DNA of 63,674 bases, counting the filler. It is 6 parts of 6 records of this genome, joined end to end, with 100 filler letters (N's around TTAATTAATTAA, not from the genome) between each part and the next. Parts side by side here need not be neighbours in the genome. Positions count along the whole stretch, not along the records: positions 49,946 to 58,078 come from DRR723986_16508; positions 58,179 to 63,674 come from DRR723986_16521; 4 more parts are not named here. One strand, written 5' to 3'. Position 1 is the first letter of the stretch. Each line of letters opens with the position of its first letter. This document shows positions 50,978 to 61,200 of this stretch, piece after piece. Below the pieces are notes generated by a model. It had not been told where the DNA came from. It saw only the letters and a list, made by a program, of their open reading frames with translations, and ran no database searches. Position numbers and translations under genes: made by a program.

Positions 50978-53900
50978 ATGGGCTGGTTTTCCGATGCGGT
51001 GAAATGGGTCGACAGGAAGATCGTGAAGCCCGTCGTCTCGGCGGTCTCCAACGTCGTCACCAGCGTGGTCGACACGGTCGGCGACATCCTCGAAACCGCC
51101 GGGAACGTGATCAGCCTGCTGGCGTCCACCAAGTTCACCACCGGGGGCACGCTCAGCGGCAGCAGCGGAAGGGACCTGCTGGTCGGTCTGGACCTCGGCT
51201 CAGTCGTCGATTTCCTGAAGCTCTCCTTCACCACGCTCTTTTCCCGCGAGTTCTGGGAGAAGGGCGAGATCCCCGACGACCTCTCGGCCTATGTGGACGG
51301 CTCGAAATCCGGGGTCACGCTGAAGGGTCTGGGCGGCGACGACACCATGCTGACCTTCGGCGGCACCGCCCGGCAGGAGGGCGGCGACGGCAACGACCGG
51401 ATGCTGGCGCTGGGGGGCGTGAACACCTTCTATGGCGGCAACGGCAACGACTTCATGATGGCCGGGGGCGTGATCAACTCCGTCTACGGCGGCGCGGGCA
51501 ACGACACCGCCATCGTGCTGGGCGGCAAGAACACCGTGCGGGGCGATGCGGGCGCCGACACGCTGACCGTCTTCGGGGTCTCGAACACCGTCGACGGCGG
51601 GTCGGACAACGACCTCGTGGTGGCGCTTGGCGGCGGCAACACGGTGGATGGCGGATCGGGCGACGACAGGCTGTTCGTCGGCGGCATCGGCTCGAACGTG
51701 GTGCGCGGCGGGTCGGGCAACGACCTGATCGCCGCGGCCGCATTGGCGAACTTCCTCTACGGCGGGGCCGGGCGCGACATCCTCATCGCCATCGGCGGGG
51801 GCAACTGGATCTACGGCGACGCCGACAGCGGCAATGCGCTTGGATCGGGCGTGAACACCGGCGCAGGCGTGGCGGGCAACGACGTCATCGTCTCTTTCGG
51901 GCTGGGCAACATCCTGTGGGGCGAGGGCGGCGATGACGTCATCACCAGCTTCGGCGGCGGCGTCTATGCCGAGGGCGGCACCGGGGACGACATCATCGTC
52001 GCCATCGCGGGCGGCAACGTGCTGCGCGGCGGCGCGGATGACGACGTGCTGGCGGCGGCTGGTTCGGTCAACGCGCTCTTCGGCGAGGAGGGCGACGACG
52101 TGCTGGTCAGCCTCGGCGGCTTCGACCTGTCGATGGGCGGGGAGGGAGACGACATCCTCGTCTCGATGGGCGGGGCCCCGGTGGGCTTCCAGATGGGCGG
52201 CGCGGGCCGCGACATCACCGTGGCCGTGGGCGGCGCCATGCGGGTGCAATTCGGCGACGACCCCTTCGCCTTCGTGCCCGGTGGAGAGGGCGGTGACGAC
52301 GCCAAGCGCGACGGCATCCTCGGTTTCGCCGAGCAGACCCTGCGCGACTTCGAGTTCACCGACTTCGAGTTCGAGGACCTGAGCCTGCCCTCGCTGCCCG
52401 ATCTCTCGCAGCTCGACGGCGGGGCGCTGACGGCGGTGGGCACCTTCCTCGAAGGCGCGTGGAACGGCACCAAGGGGATCTTTTCCGGCCTCGGCTCCAC
52501 CCTGTCGCGGCTGAACCCCGCGAATTTCACGCTCGACGGGCTGGAGACCGCTTGGGCCAACATCGAGTACCCGGACCTGAGCCTGCCGGATTTCTCGGCG
52601 CTGAGTTTCGGGGCCCTGCCCGCGATCACCATCGACACGCTGGATTTCGGCATGCTCGACGGCTTCACCGGCTTCGCCGACCCCGACTGGTCGGGACTGG
52701 AGGGCGCGGTCGCGGGCTTCGACGCGGTGGAGGTGGATCTGGATCCGCTGGCGGCGGCGGGGCGCTTCGTGGCCGACACCGGCGTGCTGGACGGCACCAG
52801 CCTGCCCGCGCTCGACACCATGCTGCCGGCGCTCTCGACCGGCTTCAGCACCTCGGTCCTGTCGGGCGTGGCGAAATACTACCCCGGAGAGGCCCTGAGC
52901 ACCGCGGGTCTGCCGAACCTCGACCTGTCGAACCTGCTGTCGCTGGGCGCCATCGAGCTGCCCGACGCGGGCACCGCGCTGGATGCGGTGACGGAGGCGG
53001 TGCTGCCCTCCGCCGCCGGGCTGGGCGCGCTGGGAGGCATGCTGAACGGGCTGGCCGACCGCGTCGCCGACGCAGGCCTGCACGACCCCGAGGACGAACC
53101 GGGGCGCGGCGCCTTCAGCCTGCCGGATCTGGCGCTGCCCTCGGTCTCCCTGCCCTCCTTCGACCTCTACGACCGCTCGGGGCTTTCGGCGGACATCATG
53201 GTCTCTCTCGCCGCCTCCTCGCTGCTCTTCGGGCAGGAGGACGATGATTTCCTCGTGGCGGGGGGCCTGTTCAACCTGCTTTTCGGCGGCGATCAGGCGG
53301 ATGTGCTGGTGGCCATGGGCAAGGGCAACCTGCTGTCGGGCGGGCAGGACGACGACATCCTCGTGGGGCTGGGGCTGTTCAACCTCGTCTCTGGCGGGGC
53401 CGGGCAGGACATCCTTGGCGCGGCGGGCAAGTTCAACCTGATGGCGGGCGGCACCGGCGCCGACCTGATGATCGGCGGCGGGCTGGCCAACGTCATGCTG
53501 GGCGGCTCGGGTCGCGACGTGATGGCGGGCGGCGGCAAGGCCAACGTCATGGCGGGCGGCGCCGACAACGACATCCTGCTGGGCGGCGGCAAGGTCAACG
53601 TAAGCCTCGGCGGCGCGGGCGACGACCTGATGATCGGGGGCGGCACCTACAACGCCATGCTGGGCGGCGAGGGCGGCGACCTGATGCTGGGCGCCGGCAA
53701 GTACAACATGATCGCCGCAGGCACCGGCAGCGACATCCTCATCGGCGGCGGCAAGTTCAACGGCATGTTCGGCGATCAGGGCGACGACCTGCTGATGGGC
53801 GGCGGCACGTTCAACCTGATGACCTCGGGCGCGGGCAACGACGCGCTGGTGGGGGGCGGCAGCTACAACCTGATGATCGCGGGATCGGGCACCGACCTGA

Positions 53901-56900
53901 TTCTTGGCGGCGGCAGGTTCAACGTCATCATGGCGGGGGTTCAGGACGACAGCGACGCGGACGACCACGACATCGTCGTGACCGGCGGGCGCTACAACAC
54001 CTTCTTCGCGGGCGCGGGCGACGACACCGCGCTGGTGGCGGGCAAGCTGAACACCGTCTTCATGGGGACGGGCCGCGACGTGGTGGTCTCCTATGCCAAC
54101 TCGCTCAACACCGTCTTCGCGCAGGGCGGCGCGGACATCGTGCTGGGCGCGGGGATCGGCAACCTGTTCTCGGGCGGGACCGGCAACGACCTGATGATCG
54201 GCTTCGGCATCGACGAGCCCGAAGAGGGCGAAGGCGGGTCCGGATCGGGCGACGGCTCCGGCGGCAGCGGAGGCTCGGGCAGCGGCACCGGCGATGCGGA
54301 CATCCGCTCCGACGGCACGGTGGAACTGCGCGGAGACTGGGGCCACGACCTGATGATGGCCCATGGCAACAATGTCTTCGCCTACGGCGGCAGCGGCGAC
54401 GACCGGGTCATGTCCTCGGCCAAGGCGAGCTTCGCCTATGGCGAGGCGGGCCACGATTTCCTGATGTCGATCCGCGGCAATACGGTGATCGACGGCGGCG
54501 CCGACAACGACATCATCCTCAGCAACGTCACCGCCTACGAGGGCGACGCCGCCGACGCGGGTTTCGTCGACTTCCTGCTCGACTGGGGCGACGTGCAGGG
54601 CGGCAAGGGCTCGGACCTGATCGTCGTCAACGGCGTGAACACCGAGGTCTTCGGCGATGTCGGCAGCAATATCCTGAACCCGGACGACACCCCCGACGGC
54701 GAGGCCCCCGGCACGCAGGACGGCGACGACTACCTCGTGGTCACCGGCGCCCTGAGCCATGTCTATGGCGGCGGCGGGGACGACGCGCTGATGCTCTTCG
54801 GCCATGCCATGACCGGCTCGGGCGGGGCGGGCGACGACCTGCTCATGGCGGCGGGCAACAACTCCGTCCTGCGCGGACAGGACGGCAACGACACCCTTCT
54901 GAACCTCGGCGCCAACCGGGCGCTCAGCTTCGGCGACGCGGGCGACGACGCGCTTTACGGCAAGGGCTATGGCTTCTTCGAGTGGCTGGTGGAGAACGGC
55001 GGCGCCTTCATGGGAGAGTTCGTCGACAACCTCGCGCTCACCCTGCTGAACGCCGGGCAGTTCATCGGCTCGGCCGTGGGCTCTCTGGTGGAGTTCACCG
55101 AGTACGACGGCACCGGCATCCTGCCGATGACCTATTATCAGGGCCGCGACGGCGACGGCAGCGCCTCGGTCGCGGAGGCCCCCACCGAGACCCAGGTGCA
55201 GGACGCCGAGGCCACGGCCATGACCTCCTTCGTGGCGGCGCTGATCGACACCTACGGGCTGGACGGGCTGGGCACCGTGCTGGCCGAGATCGGCGCGGGC
55301 AACCTGACCGCCTTCGCGCCCGACTATGCCTCTGTCGGGGGGGACATCACGCAACTGGGCAGTCAGGCGCTGATCCAGAACGCGGGCACGCCCGACACCG
55401 CCGCCTACCTTTTGAACATGCCGGTCGCGGCCTTCGTGGCCCGCACGGAATTCGCGCCGATTTTCGAGGGCGGGACGGGCAACGACAGCCTTCACGCGGG
55501 CCTCGGCATGACCACCCTGCGCGGAGAGGCGGGCAACGACGCCTACCACAAGTCCTCGCGCGAGCGGGTCACGATCATCGACGAGCGCGGCGGCGGCGGC
55601 ACCGACCGGCTGGTGCTGAGCGCGCCCGCGATCCTTGCCGCCAGCCATGGCGCCGACGGGCTGGGGCTGGAGGACATCACCTTCGAACGCCTCGACGCCG
55701 ATCTCGACGGCACGGCGGACGACCTGCTGCTGCGCATCCTGACCGGCGCGGGCGCGATTTCCTCGATCGCCGTGGTGCTGGACCAGTTCACCCCCGAGGG
55801 CGCCATAGAGACGCTGGTGGTGCAGGACGGCCTCGGCGGCAGCGAGACCTTCGACCTTGCGGCGCTGGTGGCCGGGGCGGCGACCAACGCCGACGCCCGC
55901 GTCGACGGCGCGGCGCTGGCCGATGCGGTGAGCACCGACGTCACCGGCTTCGAAGCGGAGCTGACCGCGCTGGATGCCTATACCGACGTGGTGCTCCACG
56001 ACGACTTCGACCTCTTCGCGCAGGCGCAAAGCGAGGCTGGCGCGGTCTGGGACGACTTCGCCGCCGCGCTGGACGACTGGCTGCAATCGCTCGACCCGCT
56101 GTCGCCGGTGGATTCCTCGCTGGGACAGGGCGACGACCTGCGGCAGACGCTGTCGGGCGATGCCTTCGACGGCGCGCCCTCGGTCGACCTTGGCGACGGG
56201 GTGGCGGAACTGCGCAGCGAGGACGGCACCACGCTGAAGATCGAACGCTACCGTCTGGACGGGCGCGACTGGTTCGACGCCAGCCTCACCGCGCAGCCCG
56301 GCGCGACGACCGATCTCGTGCCGCTGTTCATCACCTCCGAGGACGAGACCGCCGTCCTGACAGAGGCCCGCGCCGAGGTCGAGATCCGCCTGACCGGCAG
56401 CGACGGGCGGCTGTCCTACAACCAGATCCAGGAGGCCGCGGCGGATTTCGGCTTCGACGGCTCGGTGAACGGGCTGCACAGCCGCCACATGGTGGCCCAG
56501 CTCAGCTTCCTGCCCGGAGAAACCGCCGACCTGACCGCGCCGATCCGCCTGCAGGGGCGGCTCTTCGACGAGGCCGCGCATTTCGACCGCACCGGCGTGG
56601 CGCTTTTCGTGGATCTCGAACGGCTCGAAGGGGTGGAGCCGGTCTTTGCCGACTTCAGCTTCATCGGCGTGACCGGCGACGGCACCGTCCGGCTGGACGG
56701 CAACAACGACGCGGTGAACGGCGGCTCGGGCGCGCAGGTCTTCGTGATGGAGCGCGACGACAACGGCGCCAATGGCGGCGCGGGCGACGACAGCTTCCTC
56801 GAGATGTCGCGCTACGACGGCGCGCAGGGCGGCGCGGGCGACGACCGCTTCGAACTGGCGGATTTCTTCACCGTCTCGGATTTCGCGGAATCGCAATTCG

Positions 56901-58078
56901 CCTTCGCCTCGGGCGGCGAAGGGTCGGATACCTACGTGATCGACAGCCCCGACAACCCCGGCGGCACCAGCGCGCAGCGCGGCTTCAAGCTGAACATGGA
57001 TGCGCTCGACGTGATCGACCTGTCGGGTCTGGCGGAAACCGCCACGCTGCGCACGTGGAACGGCGGCTTCCAGATACAGGACGGCCCCCTGCGCACGCTG
57101 GTGGACATCGACAACTCTTCCGACCTTGGCTTCGTGCGCTGGACCGACGGCGGGCTGCGGCGGATGCTGGAGGATGCGGTCACCGAGGCCGAGGCCGCCG
57201 CGCTGGACACGGCGCTCTTCATCGCGCCGGCGGGTGGCAGCCGGACGGTCTATCACGGCGGCGCCTACGATGACGTCCTCGTGGCCACGGCAGCGGCGGA
57301 TTTCATCCATGGCCACGCGGGCGACGACACGATCTTTGCCATCAACGGCAACCCCGAGATCACCGGCGGCGCGGGCAGCGACCGCATCCACCTGCACAGC
57401 GCCGGGGCCACGCTGGTCTTCGCGGGCGCGCTGGCCGATTACGATATCTTCCGCAGCTTCGAGGGGCTGGGCGTGGTGCATCGCGCCAGCGGAGACACCG
57501 ACCGCATCACCGGCCAGATCGGCACCCTGCGCTTCGACGGCGGGGTGACGGTGGATGCCGCCGCCCTGCCCTTCGGCACGCCCACCCGGACCGTGACGCT
57601 GGCCGAGGATAGCGGCGCCGATCTGGGCGCGCTGCTGGAGGCCGCGCCCGCAGGCGCCACGGGGGCCGAGATCCGCTTTGCCGGCAGCGCCGCGGAGAGC
57701 TTCGGCGCGCTGCGGCTGGGGGCGGCTGGCGCGCCGGTCGCCAGCGGCGACTGGCTGACACTGGCCCAGATCGCCACGCTGGCCTTCGACCCGGTGGAGG
57801 ACTTCAACACCGATCCCGCCAGCCACTACGGCGATTTGCGCTTCGACCTGCAATACGGCGGCGCCGAGGGCGTGCTGGGCATGGCCCATGTGGCCATGGA
57901 GGTGACCCCCTCCCCCGACGCCATGGAATTCGGCATCGCGGGCTTCGAGACCGGCGGCACGCTGGTCCTGCAGGAGGGCGAGGTCTTCGACCCCGCGACG
58001 CTCTTCGCGCTCGACCCCGACGACGTGGCGGACGGCACCACCTTCTACTTCGACTTCGACGCGGGCACGACCGGGGCC
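50978..58078 (+). CDS. Giant RTX-family calcium-binding protein with MARTX C-type 18-aa repeats; 3' truncated
   Basis: GGAGC RBS before MGWFSD; more than 30 GGxGxDxxxxxGxxNxxx repeats, RTX nonapeptides, hemolysin-type Ca-binding-related domain, cadherin-like end. Confidence 0.9.
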
Positions 58079-58178
58079 NNNNNNNNNNNNNNNNNNNNNN
58101 NNNNNNNNNNNNNNNNNNNNNNTTAATTAATTAANNNNNNNNNNNNNNNNNNNNNNNNNNNNNNNNNNNNNNNNNNNN
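58079..58178. other. Artificial contig-joining spacer
   Basis: 44 N + TTAATTAATTAA + 44 N. Confidence 0.98.
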
Positions 58179-58220
58179 AAGACAAAAGGCGGAGAGGGAG
58201 AGACTCGCAAGAGCACTCAC
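58179..58220 (-). other. Probable spliceosomal intron 5' end
   Basis: Minus strand GTG|GTGAGT donor followed by lower-GC, pyrimidine-rich GCTCTTGCGAGTCTCTCCCTCTCCGCCTTTTGTC; the EGF-like pattern breaks here. Confidence 0.65.
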
Positions 58221-61200
58221 CACGCACGAGCCGTGGCCGGAGCACGGGTTTGTCGTTCCGCCCGGGCACGCCCTGCAGCTCCCTTGGGAAGGGTCGCCGT
58301 TGTAGCCCGCGGCGCACAGGCTGCAGTCGGGCCCGGTGAAGCCGGTGAAGCACGCGCACTGCAGGGCGATCTGCACCCCGCCCGCGCTCGGGCTGGCGGA
58401 CGGCGAGGACGTGGGCGTGCGCGAGAGCGACACCGAGGCGGTGGCGGTGGTCAACGAGGCGCCGGTCGACCCGGACGCGGACGGCGAGGCCGGGGACGCG
58501 GTGGGCGACGGCGACACCGAGACGGTGGGCGTTTGGGACGGGACAAAGACGCTCCCCGTGCACACACCGTTGCCGGTGCAGTTGCTCAGCGCGGCGCAAT
58601 CGCGGTACGGGCCGCAACGGTTGCACACGCCAAGGTAGCTGGGGAAGGCGAAATCGCCCGAGCACGACGAGGCGCAGCACGGCAGCCGGCCGGTGATCAG
58701 GGTGAGGCCGCACACGAGGTCCTCGAGGTTGGCCAGCGCGGCGAAGGAGGCCGGGACCGTGCCCTCGATGTTGGTGTTGCTGACGTACAGGCCCACGAGC
58801 CCCGTCAGGCGCGACAGGTCCGCGGGGAGGGTGCCGACGAACGGGTTGTCGTTGAGGCGCAGGTACAGCAGCTGCGTCAGGCGGCCGAGCTGCGTGGGCA
58901 GGCTGCCGGTCAGCGCGTTTTCCTGCAGCTCCAGGTTCCAGAGCTTGGTCAGGCGCCCGAGCTGCGTGGGCAGGCTGCCCGCAAAGGCGTTGTCCGCCAG
59001 CGACAGCAGGCTGAGGTCGGTCAGCGCGCTGAACAGCGCGCTCGGGAACGCGCGGCCCCCGTTCGCGCCGGCGCTCCACCCAAAGGCGTTGCCGCTCACG
59101 TCGAGGCGCTGCAGCGCGGTCATGGACGACAGGGCGGCGGGCAGCGTGCCGGAGAACTGGTTGTTCTGCAGGTACAGGCGCTGCAGCGTGGTGAGGACGC
59201 CCAGGCCGCGCACGTCCTGCAGGAGGTTCTGCGACAGGCCCAGCGTGCGCAGGGGCAGGCACGCCACCGTGCAGAGCGACGGGACCGTCCCGGACAGGCG
59301 GTTGTCGTTGAGCTCCAGCACGGTCAGCTTGGTCAGCCTGCCGAGCTCGGTGGGGAGCGTGCCGGTCAGGTCGTTGTTGCTCAGGACGAGCGAGGTCAGC
59401 GAGCTGAGCAGGCCGAGGGTGGAGTGGATGGTGGTCAGGTCGTTGCTGGCCAGCGACACGAGCCGCAGGGCGGTCATGCGGAAGATGTTGGCCGGGATCG
59501 CGCCGGAGATGTGGTTGCCCGACAGCACCAGCGTGCGCAGCGTCGTCAGCTGCGAGAACTCGTCCGGCAGCGTGCCGAGCAGCCGGTTGTTGGGCAGCTG
59601 CAGCGCCACCACCTTGTTCGCCTCGCACGTCACGCCGAACCACTGGCACAGCGAGACGGTGGCCACGTTCCCGTCGAGGCCCCAGAACGTCCGCGCGGTC
59701 CAGCGCGGGCCGTCCAGCGCGTTCCAAAAGAACTCGCCCAGCACGCGCGCCTCGTCGATGGCGTCGCAGCGGGAGCCCGGGGTGGAGAACGCGGGGTGGT
59801 ACGTGAAGTTCGCGCACGTCCACCCGTTCTCCACCGTGCACCCCGCCGAGCAGCCGTCCAGGTCGACGGTGTTGTCGTCGTCGCACTGCTCGCCCGTGGA
59901 CCGCACGCCGTTGCCGCACACCTCGTGGCACGTCGAGGGCCCACCGCCCCCCCCCGCGGTCCCGGGCGGCACCGAGCACACCCACCCCTCGTCCACGACG
60001 CAGTTGCGGCACCCGTCCTCGGCGCCGCCCGGAGTGCCGTCGTCGCACTGCTCCGAGGCGGTGACGATGCCGTTGCCGCAGTTCTCGGCCAGGCGGAAGC
60101 GCGTGCTGTTGATCCCGTCCGGGAGCTTCAGCTCCTCCCACACAGAGTCGCACGGCACCTCGCTGCCGTCGTCCCGCGCGAAGAAGCAGTCCCACCCGTT
60201 GGTGATCCGGCAGCTCGCGCACCCGGGCAGCGTGCCCCCGGGCGCGTTCCCCGGGTCGCACCGCTCCCCGCCCGTGTCGACCCCCTCGGGCGCGTACGGC
60301 ACCACGAACCCGTCGCCGCACACCGTGGTGCACTGCCGCAGCCGCTTGACGTTGTACTGCGCCTGCAGCGCGGTCTGCTCCCAGAACGCGCACGTCCACC
60401 CGTCCCGGATCTTGCACTGCGTGTCGCACCCGTCCAGGTCGTCGTCGTTGCCCTGGTCGCACTCCTCGTCGCTGGTGGTGTAGTAGCCCGCCCCCGTGGA
60501 GGGCGGCACGGGGGTCCACAGCCCGCACTCCGGCGCGCACGAGCTGACCATGTCCGAGTCCACCGTGCACCGGTAGCCCGGGATCACGACGCACGCGTCG
60601 TCGCACCCCACCCCGCTGTCGCACTGCTCGCCCGGCGTGGTGATGCCGTTGGGGCACGGCGCGTGGCACACCGACGTCTGGAGCGCGACGGTGGTGCACT
60701 CGTAGCCCCGGTCGATCTTGCACGCGGTGCACCCGTCGCCCGCCACGCCGTTGCCGTCGTCGCACTCCTCGCTGTACCCGCCCGAGATGGGGGTGAGGAT
60801 GCCGTCGCCGCACACCTCCTCGCACGCGGACCGGCCGTCCGCGTCCTCCGCGCACTCGAACCCCGGCTGCACGACGCAGCCGAGGCACCCGTACGTCGCC
60901 GAGTTGAGCTCGCCCGCGTCGCACCCCGCCGCCACCCCCTCGGCCGGCCCGTGCGTGCGGATGCCGTTGCCGCACACCTCCGAGCACACCGACTTGCGCT
61001 CGGCGACGCTGGTGCAGGCCCACCCCGTCATCACCTCGCACGCGCTGGTGCACCCGTCCTGCGCGAACGCGCCCGAGTTGTCCCTCGTGTTGCCGTCGTC
61101 GCACTGCTCGGTCTTGGTGAGCACGCCGTTGCCGCACACCTCCCTGCAGGCGGAGCGCCCGCGCACGTAGTAGCCCAGCGTGCAGCCCTCGGTCGCGTTG

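Noticed and set aside
50978-50995. N-myristoylation signal at MGWFSD
   Set aside because: Ser is at position 5, not the consensus position 6
53190-54200. ~54-bp periodicity that could resemble a CRISPR array
   Set aside because: It encodes 18-aa protein repeats with synonymous variation; there are no identical repeats with unique spacers and no cas genes
51200-57889. 2229-aa antisense ORF and other overlapping ORFs within the RTX gene
   Set aside because: Shadow frames caused by high GC3 codon bias; no recognisable domains
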